Shown in pieces: positions 23,363-34,700 of a stretch of DNA of 64,000 nucleotides. Below the pieces are notes generated by a model that was not told the origin of the DNA, did not search any database, and saw nothing but the letters and a program-made list of their open reading frames with translations. The DNA lies in contig NIVC01001194.1 of assembly GCA_002269645.1 (NCBI GenBank), positions 1 through 64,000 on the forward strand. Reading direction: 5' to 3'. Each line of letters opens with the position of its first letter. Position 1 is the first letter of the stretch. Both the position numbers and the translations under genes were made by a program. The stretch is from Macrostomum lignano (taxonomy: Eukaryota).

Positions 23363-24770
23363 GGGTTAGCGCTACCCAGGTCAAAAGCCATGCAGACCTG
23401 CTCAACACGATCCAAGGCAGAGCGTGTAGGCTCATCTGCAACGCCACCAGGCCCACGCCCTTTGCTGGCATGGGGGCCTTCCTTAATCTTCCGCCTATTG
23501 ACCTCTTCATCAGGGGTGAGGCGGCTAGAACGACGCGGCGTCTAATTGATGCCGGCGTCAAATTCATTTACATGAGAGCACCTGCTAAGCGGAACCTTGT
23601 CCCGCATAGCGATCTGTGCCTCAACTTTCTCAACGAGTGTCAGGCCAATCGCGTTTTCACCGATGGCATTGCCTCAACGCTCAACCTGAGACAGCGCTAC
23701 TCCGTAGCTATCGACTCGCGCGATAACATCAATGACCAATGGAACCCTGGTGAGCTTCATTGCTACACCGACGGTTCTAAGCAGTCAGCCAACACCGGCT
23801 TTGGTGTTGGAATCTTTCTGAACGGGAGGGTCATCGCTACCCACGCTCAATACACTGGGGTCAACTCCAGTGTTTTCCAAAATGAAGTTCTGGCCATCAG
23901 CTCCTGCACTGCAGAGCTTCTCGCCACTGGCGTTACTGGTAAGAACATCATTTTCCATTCGGACAGCCAAGCTGCCTTGCACGCCATCAGTGGCTGCAGC
24001 ACCAACTCTGCTACAGTCCTCGACTGTATCAAACTCCTCAACGTGTTGGGTTCCGCCAACACAATTACCCTTAAGTGGGTTCCGGGGCATGTGGGGATCC
24101 GAGGAAATGAGTTGGCTGACACCCTTGCAAAAGTTGGTGCCTCCGGCTCCTCTCTCGGCCCCGAACCTCTTGTCCCGATTCCTGGCTGTGTCATCGACTC
24201 GCGCATCAAAGCGTGGATCAGGACTCAGCACCGCTCGACTTGGGCGAACCGCACGAACTGCAGGCAATCCAGAGGCGCTGTCCCTCAGCCCTCTCACCAG
24301 CTCCGGAAGCTCCTCTTGCGCCTCTCACGCAGAGACATCCGGGCTGCCATCATGACCCTCTCTGGTCACGGCTGCTTCTCCAGGCACCAGTACCTGCAGG
24401 GCAACGCCACCAACGCCACCTGTAGTTTCTGCAACTCAGGTGACGAAACCGCTGAGCATTTCGTCAGCATCTGTCCCGCCTTCACGCGGGCCAGACTCAC
24501 TTACCTCGGGCCACACACATCTATTACTGAAGCGTGCAAACCCGAAAACTTTAATCAGCTCATGCGTTACCTTCGGGCCACCCGCAGGGCTGAACTCTCC
24601 TTTCCAGAGAGCACCATAGCTGCTGGCGACACTGGGGGACCTCCCTGGGCGGCGCCAACCCTCCGTCCATAGCGACGCGTCGGCCGTTCAGGGACTAGCG
24701 GAATGGGCGCCCGCGCCTTGCCACTGTGTCCCCTCCGGGACAGCCCTGCAGCTAAGTCAAGTAAGTCAAG
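23363..24770 (+). mobile_element. 5'-truncated non-LTR retrotransposon (LINE with RNase H; I/R1/LOA-type group)
   Basis: 14-bp TSD tgcccatatctcct at 23349-23362 and 24771-24784. The open frame has a post-RT region, RNase H (YTDGSK, SVFQNE, HSDSQAAL, WVPGHVGIRGNELAD) and a CCHC knuckle (CSFCNSGDETAEHFVSIC). The tail is short tandem (taagtcaag)n. Confidence 0.92.
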
Positions 24771-24884
24771 TGCCCATATCTCCTCTCTTTCATATTGAGG
24801 CTCAGAACTTTAATAGTGCCCCTCGTAGTTACTCTTAGATTGAGTTTATTGAAAGCTTTTAATAGGAACTCGTCATATACATCT

Positions 24885-25310
24885 CTCTGCCCCCATTGAG
24901 TCTGCCTCTCTGCCCCCATCGAGTCTGCCTCTCTGCCCCCATCGAGTCTGCCTCTCTGCCCCCATCAAGTCTGCCTCTCTGCCCCCATCAAGTCTGCCTT
25001 TCTGCCCCCATCAAGTCTGCCTCTCTGCCCCCATCGAGTCTGCCTTTCTGCCCCCAACGAGTCCGCCTCTCTGCCCCCATCGTGTCTGCCTCTCTGCCCC
25101 TAACGAGTCTGCCTCTCTGCCCCCATCGAGTCTGCCTCTCTGCCCCCAACGAGTCTGCCTCTCTGCCCCCATCGAGTCTGCCTCTCTGCCCCTCTGCCCC
25201 CATCAAGTCTGCCTCTCTGCCCCCATCAAGTCTGCCTCTCTGCCCCCTTGAGTCCGCCTCTCTGCCTTTTGAGTCTGCCTATCTGCCTCCTTAAGGCCGC
25301 CTCTCTGCCC
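24885..25310. repeat. 23-bp minisatellite (gagtctgcctctctgcccccatc)n
   Basis: Directly visible tandem units. Confidence 0.95.
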
Positions 25311-25835
25311 TTATAGCTAACGAAATTTTTGTCAGCTAGTTGGATTTTAAAATAATTTTTGATATAGTATTATTGTTTTCATATAAAATGAACAAATTAC
25401 ACGACTTGTACGAGTATTCCATTTTAGAATTCTAATAAGCATGTGAAAAGCCGTGAAATAAGCATTCGGCAAACTGGTTACCGGTTAACCCTGATACACC
25501 CAGGGAACATGTTAAAGTTTCCACCCCGAAGCCAATGGTTTGAATTATTCTCAGCTCTCAGCTCTAGTTGACGCAATTCCTAATACGCTCGCGGTTCTCG
25601 TCTCAACTGTGCATTATGGAATTTTCGTCACAAGAAACAAGCTTAGGATAGTGAAGAGAAGGATGCCAAAATGTCATTAACAAAAAAATACATTATGCAT
25701 ATTATGCTTTTAATTATTGATTTTAAGCAATTATATGCAACTCCTGAATTAGTGACCACAATGCAGGATGAAGACCAGCATCCTGACCGCTATTTGAATC
25801 GTTGATGATAGAAATTTTTGTCAGTGAACAGAAAT

Positions 25836-27680
25836 TCACAATCGCAGCGCAATGCGACGACTCAACAAATAAGTTGCGATAAAAAGTGAAGCCACACGTA
25901 ACTCCAACTCATCCGCATCCTCCATTTGAGCCACATCCCGGATCCAGTCTTCACTTATATAGTCTACTACTCCAGGCAGGTTCAGGCGAAGTATATTTAG
26001 CACGGCATCAAAGTTCACGTAAGCTCGGTTGTTTTGCATCCGGAAAGAAAAGAACTCCAAATCAACAAACTGGCTTGCAAATGGCAGTCTAGGCTGCTCG
26101 TCAAACTTAAAGCAGAACTTCCACGCAGAGTCTCGGCTCCTCAGGTGCTGCATCACGAAGTCCGCAGTCGCCTCACTCGCCGATCTCTCAGCGGACCAGT
26201 CGATGCCTCTACTCGCCCTGAACTGCCTGCAGTCGCTCACGACTTTCGCTGCAGCCTCTCTGTCGCCGAACTTCAGGCAGCTCAGCGCCCTCAGAGACTC
26301 TCGCGCCGAGCGGGCGCAGTCTGGCAGCTTGCCGATCAGCTCCGAGAGACGCTGTCGGGACTCTGGGCTTCGGTCTCGGTCCGACACACGGAGCACCGAC
26401 TCTCTCACGACGTCGTAGATCTCGTGGTACTCGATTTTCTTCGCTTGTGACACAGGTACATCAGCTTCAATGATAGGCAGAATGAGGAACGGGTGGAAGT
26501 GGAATCGGCCCGAGTCGGTGACGGGTCGCAGGCTGTCCTCGAACTCCAGCAGCAGCTCAGGCAGCCTATCGATCACATCTCTCACTGCATCGGCTGCCTG
26601 ACTCAAAGCTTCGCTCACCTTCTCAGCCGATGTGCTGGTGTCCACGCCTCTCAGGTACACAGCGGCATCGCGAAGGAAGAAGTGGTCCATGATCTTGGCG
26701 TCAGGTCCGCCTGATCTGCAGTCGCTCTCAAGCATCTGCAGCGAGCGTCTCGCGAGACTCACGAGATTCCGAGCGTCGCTCCACTGCTCGGCCGGTGTCT
26801 CCTCCAGCATTCGGAACGCGATGGTCTTTGCGTGATACGACTTGAAGCCGTCGTGTCGGACGGCCTTCTTCAGCAGCCACTTGAGCGTGACGAACAGCTG
26901 GCCCTGCAGAGTGGTGAGACTCCGCAGCAGCCGCCTCTCCAGGAAGCTGGTGCTCACTCGGAGCTGCTCGCCCTCCTTTCCGGGAGCAGCTGCGTGCACC
27001 ACGTGACAGGGCGATGAGGCAGAGGTGAGGAGATGCTGGAGCGACTGCAGCACGGACTGGGGGATGCTTGAGTCGGAGACTCGGTTCTTGAGTAGCGGCG
27101 CGATGGGCGGGTAGCAGCAGAGGCGTCGGGCGTCAACGTTGTCAAAGGCCGGTCTCAGCCCAAACCTATCCAGTGGCACCGATGGCTTGGATGCTGCAAC
27201 CGTTGATTCGGAACAGTAGATCGAGTTTTCAAAGCGCAATGCGCTAGTAATGCAGTTGACATATGTAATAAATTTTACACAGTAAAATATTTGTACCTAT
27301 CTTATGTCAGGACATATAGGAAATCGCTCTCACCGTATCCGGGATACAACACGTGTCCATTGCTGTACTTCACTGTATCAAGCTCCGGTACATCGCACTT
27401 GCACAGATCTCTCAGATGGATGTTGCTTCCTGAGACTAGATGCAACACATCGATGTCGGAGTCAGGGTCAGTTCTGCCATCCAGAGTAGCCAGGCTGTTG
27501 CCCCAGCCCTCAGAGAAGCTACCCACAACGAATAAATCATTATGGTCAAGTCTTCTCCTCAGAAGGCCCTGCAGCGTATCAGCCACGGCGCTCTGCAAGG
27601 CGGCTCTGGAGTCCACGAATCCCGACTGATTGAGTGCTTGGTGCAGCTGCTGGCTCAGCTCTGCGTCGCTGCGGGTGACT
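25836..27680 (-). CDS. Mab-21/cGAS-like nucleotidyltransferase domain (exons 2-3)
   Basis: GSFSEG activation loop, DSDID catalytic pair and a candidate third Asp (NVDAR). [10 protein letters not shown] resembles the WRxSFSxxE motif. The Mab-21 C-terminal helical lobe shows FKSYHAKT...W...IMDHFF. Confidence 0.88.
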
Positions 27681-30600
27681 CTGAGGGTTAAGCACAACGG
27701 GATCTCTTTGTCTAGTTAGTTACACATATATATCGGACTTTTTCGTTTTGTACTAAAAGGTAAAAGTTATACATGCAAAAAAGCGTGGCAGCCAGCGCAT
27801 TTAATACATCATAGCATATGTAGCTAAATAAAAGCATTAGTCAACCAGAACTTTTACCGATGGCAAAGCATAGAAAGACGTTTTAAAAAATCATGAAACA
27901 CCGCTTTACAAGCTCAACAGAAGACAAACCCAACCATAAAAATAATGATCTTAGCAACATTGATTTACCTTTTAGAAACGGTCGGCATTGAAAGTTGCCA
28001 GTAACCATTACTCATAGCTTGAATCAGCATCCGAGAGGCCACTTTATTTCCGATTATCCGAGATCGATTCAATGCGGCCTTAAGAATATCATGGTGAGAC
28101 TCCGCGTTACAGGCGTGAAGAAGCAGATCCAAGACCAGAATGTGGCCATTCTGTACCACAACGTCAAGAGGTGAGCTGCCACCAACTGTCTTAAAACTGA
28201 CGTTGGCCTCTGCTTTAATGAGTGCCTCTATCACTTTGTGATGACCATTCTGTGATGCAACGTAGAGAGGTGACCCGCCATTGTTTCGCTGAAGATTGAC
28301 GTCTGCTTGCGCTTTAATGAGTGACTCAATTACTTTGTGATGACCATTTTGTGATGCAACGTACAGAGCTGATCCGCCATGGTTTTCTTGAAGATTGACG
28401 TCTGCTTGTGCTTTAACGAGTGAGTCAATTACTTTGTGATGACCAGTCTGTGATGCAATGAAGAGAGGTGATTCACCAGTCTTTAATCGAAGATTGACGT
28501 CTGCTTGTGCTTTAATGAGTGAGTCAACTACTTTTAGATGACCATTTTGTGATGCAACGAAGAGAGGTGATCCGCCATGGCTTTGTTGAAGATTGACGTC
28601 GGCTTGTGCTTTGATGAGTGACTCAATTACTTGGTGATGCCCATTCTGTGATGAAAAAAATAGAGGCGATTCGCCTTGTTTTGCTTGAAGATTGACGTCA
28701 GCTTGTGCTTTGATGAGTGATTTAATTACTTTCTGATGACCCATTCTAGATGCACACAGGAGAGGCGACTCACCAGTGCTTCGTTGAAGATTGACGTTGG
28801 CTTGTGCTTTGACGAGCAAGTCAAGGACTTTGTGATGGCCATTTTGCGATGCAATGTAGAGAGGTGACTCGCCAGTATTTACTTGAAGATTGACGTCTGC
28901 TTGTGCTACGACGAGGGAGTCAATTACCTTTTCATGGCCATTTGCAGACGCCATGTAGAGAGGTGACTCGCCAGTGTTTCGTTGAATATTGACTTCAGCT
29001 TGTGCTTGGATGAGTGACTCAATTACTTTGTGATGACCTTTTGCAGCTGCAATGTACAGAGGTGACTCGCCAGTGCTTCGTTGAAGATTGACGTCGGCTT
29101 GTGCTTTGATGAGTGACTTAATTACGTTGTGATGACCGTTCGCAGTTGCAACGTAGAGAGGTGAATTGCCAGTGTTTGCTTGAAGATTGACGTCGGCCTG
29201 TGCTTTGATGAGTGACTCAATTACTTTGTGATGACCATTCTGGGATCCAATGTAAAGAGGTGACTCACCAGTGACGAGTTGAATATTGACTTCTGCTTGT
29301 GCTTTGATGAGTGACTCAGTTACTTTGTGATGACCTTTTATAGATGCAATGTGTAGAGGTGAGTAGCCTTGGTGCTGTTGAAGATTGACGTCAACTTGTG
29401 CTTTAATGAGTGACTCAATTACTTTGTGATGACCATTTTGTGATGCAATGTAGAGAGGCGAGCATCCTTCAAAGTCTTGAAGATTGACGTCGGCTTGTGC
29501 TTTAATGAGTGACTCAATTACTTTGTGATGACCATTCTGTGTTGCAATGTAGAGAGGCGAGCATCCTTCAAAGTCTTGAAGATTGACGTCGGCTTGTGCT
29601 TTAATGAGTGACTCAATTACTTTTTGATGACCATTCTGTGATGCAATGTAGAGAGGCGAGCATCCTTCAACGTCTTGAAGATTGACGTCTGCTTGTGCTA
29701 CGACGAGGGAGTCAATTACTTTTTCATGGTCATTTGCAGACACCATGAAGAGAGGTGACTCGCCAGTGTTTCGTTGAATATTGACTTTAGCTTGTGCTTT
29801 GATGAGTGCCTCAATTACTTCGTGATGACCTTTTGCAGCTGCAATGTACAGAGGTGAATTGGTAGTGTTTGCTTGAAGATCGACGTCGGCCTGTGCTTTG
29901 ATGAGTGACTCAATTATTCTACGATGACCATTCTGTGATGCAATGTAGAGAGGTGACTCACCAGTGTTGAGTTGAATATTGACTTCTGCTTGTGCTTTGA
30001 TGAGTGACTCAATTATTTTACGATGACCATTCTGTGATGCAATGTACAGAGGTGACTCACCAGTGTTGAGTTGAATATTGACTTCTGCTTGTGCTTTGAT
30101 GAGTGCCTCAATTACTTTGTGATGACCATTCTGTGATGCAATGCAGAGAGGCGAGCATCCTTTAAAGTCTTGAAGATTGACGTCAACTTGTGCTTTAATG
30201 AGTGACACAATTACTAGGTGATAGCCATTCTGTGATGCAATGTTCAGAGGTGAGCAGCCTTCAAAGTCTTGAAGATTGACGTCGGCTTGTGCTTTGATGA
30301 GTGATTCAACTACTTTGTGATAACCATTCTGTGATGCAATGTAGAGAGGCGAGCATCCTTCAAGGTCTTGAAGATTGACGTCGGCTTGTGCTTTGATTAG
30401 TGACTCAATTACTTTGTGATGACCATTTTGTGATGTAATGTAGAGAGGCGAGAAGCCTTCAAAGTCTTGAAGATTGACGTCCGCTTGTGCTTTGATGAGT
30501 GACTCAATTACTTTGTGATGACCATTCTGTGATGCAATATGGAGAGGTGCGTAACCAGTGTTTGCTTGAAGATTGACGTCGGCCTGTGCTTTGATGAGTG

Positions 30601-31042
30601 ACTCAATTACTTTGTGATGACCATTATATGATGCAATGTAGAGAGGTGAGTAGCCTTCGGAGTCTTGAAGATTGACGTCGGCTTGTGCTTTGATAAGTAA
30701 GTCAACAACTTCGTCATGTCCTAGCTGGGATGCAATTAGCAGTGCTGTAATTCCGTCTTTAGTTTTTTCATCAAGATTCGCTTTTGCTGCAATTAGTTTT
30801 GTTAATATTTCGTGTCTACCAAACATACTTGCCAGCATCGCGAGCGTCAAATTCTTTCCAGATAATTTTACAACCTTGTCGACACTTCTCGCCCTGGAGA
30901 CAAATCTATGGATCCTGTTTAGGTCGTTCATAATTATCGCCTCAATGAGAGTTTCATCCAAGAGCTCTGCGTCAGATCCGGATTCGAACACGGGCATGCA
31001 GAAGGCACCTACGAAATTCAGCAGCCATTTCAGGAATCGCAT
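25836..31042 (-). CDS. Ankyrin-repeat / Mab-21 (cGAS-like receptor, cGLR) fusion protein, ~1,590 aa
   Basis: Exon 31042-27969 (ankyrin array; donor AAAAG|GTAAAT, phase 2) joins exon 27680-27334 (acceptor gtgcttaaccctcag|A, phase 2) and exon 27193-25836 (phase 1). All joins are in frame. The supplied ORF start at 31096 is GTG; the first ATG is at 31042. Confidence 0.75.
27969..31042 (-). CDS. Ankyrin repeat exon: ~25 highly similar 33-aa repeats plus 3-4 divergent capping repeats
   Basis: Consensus [33 protein letters not shown], visible at DNA level as a 99-bp tandem repeat, with one uninterrupted 3-kb reading frame. Confidence 0.95.
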
Positions 31043-31377
31043 CGCAGAGGATTTTATTTTTTTTCTCGTTTCTGAATCGCGTTTATACGTCTTCACTTGT
31101 GTGCGCTGGGTATGCTTTGCGACTGGAATGATGCCAGATTTTTACAAGAGATGCAAGTGAGTTTCTGTCTGTTAGATGAGGTTACCCAGTCTTTTTTAAG
31201 ACTTGATTGATCTGAAGCAGCAGTTCGGGGTGTTAGTCTCAAGCAACAAATTCACTATTGTATTTTTAAGAGTATGCGAAATGCGTTTTAACTTTGGGCC
31301 TGTGCCACCGCTTTCCTAAGCTTTTTTGTACATCTTTTCATAATTAAAAAACCTTTAATGTTGTTTGTGTGCTGTTG

Positions 31378-31436
31378 GCAGTGGTATTAGTAGTAGCAGT
31401 AGTAGCAGCAGTAGTAGTAGTAGTAGTAGTAGTAGC

Positions 31437-31467
<31 letters not shown>

Positions 31468-31468
31468 A
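31378..31468. repeat. (TAG)n microsatellite
   Basis: Directly visible. Confidence 0.95.
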
Positions 31469-31784
31469 AACTAATACTAAATGCTAAAGAAAAAATGATC
31501 GAATTCAGATTCCTTGAACATAAAATAAGATCTGTACTGACAGTCATACAAAATGACGTTTATTTACTTTTAAAAAACAAAGCAAGACAGTCTTTCAGGC
31601 AATGGAAACGCAAAATTATCAGCAGGGGGTCGTCAGGAATGAATGATGGCACATTCTGCCAGTTGGTGATGCGAGTCGGGCTCCCTAATTACACATAAAT
31701 GCGACAATACTGCTCAGGTCATTATTTAGGTCTGTACTGAGTAAATAAACACAAAATGCTCACAATTAGTATTCATGCCGCAGC

Positions 31785-34700
31785 TTATTTCTCATCCTTG
31801 CACTCGGCAATGGCACTGACGCCTCCGCCCGACCGCTTCTTCTGTGGCATCTCCTCGCCGAATGCCTCCAGCTCCTGCGGGATGCTCAGCATGCCATCAG
31901 CCAGGCTGTTGTCCCAGGTGTCTATGGTGAAATCCGACCCGGCGAACTCGTCTCCGCCCTGCTTGTTCTGCGTAGGCGGATTGCAACTGGTTCTGTTGCT
32001 TTTCGATACATATCGGTAGGTGAGTAAAATGGGTCAGGATCACACAGAATCGGTCAGGATCACACAGAATCGGTCAGGGATCACACAGAATCGGTCAGGA
32101 TCACACAGAATCGGTCAGGGATCACACAGAATCGGTCAGGATAACACAGAATTGGTCAGGATCACACAGAATCGGTCAGGGATCACACAGAATCGGTCCG
32201 GGATCACACAGAATCAGTCAGGGATCACACAGAATCGGTCAGGGATCGCACAGAATCAGTCAGGGATCACACAGAATCGGTCCGGGAGCACACAGAATCG
32301 GTCCGGGATCACACAGAATCAGTCAGGGATCACACAGAGAATCGGTCAGGGATCACACAGAATCAGTCAGGGATCACACAGAATCGGTCCGGGAGCACAC
32401 AGAATCGGTCAGGGATCACACAGAATCGGTCAGGATCACACAGAATCGGTCGGGATCACACAGAATCGGTCAGGGATCACAGAATTGGTCAGGATCACAC
32501 AGAATCGGTCAGGGATCACAGAATCAGTCAGAATCACACAGAATCGGTCAGGGATCACACAGAATCGGTCAGGATCACACAGGATCGGTCAGGATCACAC
32601 AGAATCGGTCAGGGGCACACAGAATCGGTCAGGGATCACACAGAATCGGTCAGGATCACACAGAATCGGTCAGGATCACACAGAATCGGTCAGGATCACA
32701 CAGAATCGGTCAGGATCACACAGAATCAGTCAGGATCACACAGAATCGGTCAGGATCACACAGAATCGGTCAGGATCACACAGAATCGGTCAGGGATCAC
32801 AGAATTGGTCAGGATCACACAGAATCGGTCAGGGATCACACAGAATCGGTCAGGATCACACAGAATCGGTCAGGATCACACAGAATCGGTCAGGATCACA
32901 CAGAATCGGTCAGGGATCACAGAATTGGTCAGGATCACACAGAATCGGTCAGGGATCACAGAATCGGTCAGAATCACACAGAATCGGTCAGGATAACACA
33001 GAATCGGTCAGGGATCACACAGGATCGGTCAGGATAACACAGAATCGGTCAGGGATCACACAGGATCGGTCAGGGGCACACAGAATCGGTCAGGGATCAC
33101 ACAGGATCGGTCAGGATCACACAGAATCGGTCAGGGATCACACAGGATCGGTCAGGGATCACGCAGAATCGGTCAGGGATCACACAGAATCGGTCAGGAT
33201 CACACAGAATCGGTCAGGATCACACAGAATTGGTCAGGATCACACAGAATCGGTCAGGGATCACATAGAATCGGTCAGGAATCACACAGAATCGGTCCGG
33301 GATCACACAGAATCGGTCCGGATCACACAGAATCGGTCAGGATCACACAGAATCGGTCAGGATCACACAGAATCGGTCAGGATCACACAGAATCGGTCAG
33401 GATCACACAGAATCGGTCAGGATCACACAGAATCGGTCAGGGATCACAGAATCGGTCAGGATCACACAGAATCGGTCAGGGATCACAGAATCGGTCAGAA
33501 TCACACAGAATCGGTCAGGATAACACAGAATCGGTCAGGGACCACACAGGATCGGTCAGGATAACACAGAATCGGTCAGGGATCACACAGAATCGGTCAG
33601 GGACCACAGAATTGGTCAGGATCACACAGAATCGGTCAGGGATCACAGAATCGGTCAGAATCACACAGAATCGGTCAGGATAACACAGAATCGGTCAGGG
33701 ATCACACAGGATCGGTCAGGATAACACAGAATCGGTCAGGATCACACAGAATCGGTCAGGGGCACACAGAATCGGTCAGGATCACAGAATCGGTCAGGAT
33801 AACACAAAATCGGTCAGGGATCACACAGAATCGGTCAGAATCACACAGAATCGGTCAGGATAACACAGAATCGGTCAGGATCACACAGAATCGGTCAGGA
33901 TCACACAGAATCGGTCAGAATCACACAGAATCGGTCAGGATCACAGAATCGGTCAGGATCATACCATGATAAAGAATCGGTCAGGATCACACAGAATTGG
34001 TCAGGATCACACAGAATCGGTCAGGATCACACAGAATTGGTCAGGATCACACAGAATCAGTCAGGGATCACACAGAATCGGTCAGGATCACACAGAATCA
34101 GTCAGGGATCACACAGAATCGGTCCGGGATCACACAGAATCGGTCAGGGATCACAGAATCGGTCAGGATCACACAGAATCGGTCAGGGATCACAGAATCG
34201 GTCAGAATCACACAGAATCGGTCAGGATAACACAGAATCGGTCAGGGATCACACAGGATCGGTCAGGATAACACAGAATCGGTCAGGGATCACACAGGAT
34301 CGGTCAGGGGCACACAGAATCGGTCAGGGATCACACAGGATCGGTCAGGATCACACAGAATCGGTCAGGGATCACACAGGATCGGTCAGGGATCACGCAG
34401 AATCGGTCAGGGATCACACAGAATCGGTCAGGATCACACAGAATCGGTCAGGATAACACAGAATTGGTCAGGATCACACAGAATCGGTCAGGGATCACAC
34501 AGAATCGGTCAGGAATCACACAGGATCGGTCAGGGATCACACAGAATCCGTCAGGGATCACACAGAATCGGTTAGGATCACACAGAATCGGTCAGGATCA
34601 CACAGAATCGGTCAGGGGCACACAGAATCGGTCAGGATCACACAGAATTGGTCAGGATCACACAGAATCGGTCACGATCACACAGAATCGGTCAGGATCA

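Larger units (their letters stand above)
22127..24825 (+). mobile_element. Degenerate mariner (Tc1/mariner) DNA transposon interrupted by a LINE
   Basis: Imperfect ~28-bp TIRs (TA|cgagcggcactaaaaaagttttgagcct ... aggctcagaactttaatagtgcccctcg|TA) with TA target sites. Transposase motifs KVSARWIPRILT, VTGDETW and HPAYSSDLAPSDFHLF. Confidence 0.9.

Noticed and set aside
24640-24745. HDV-like ribozyme at the LINE end (gcggaatggg resembles the HDV J4/2-P2 segment)
   Set aside because: No consistent P1/P3 nested pseudoknot could be built. Such ribozymes are normally at the 5' end of LINEs, and a simple 3' hairpin explains the conservation.
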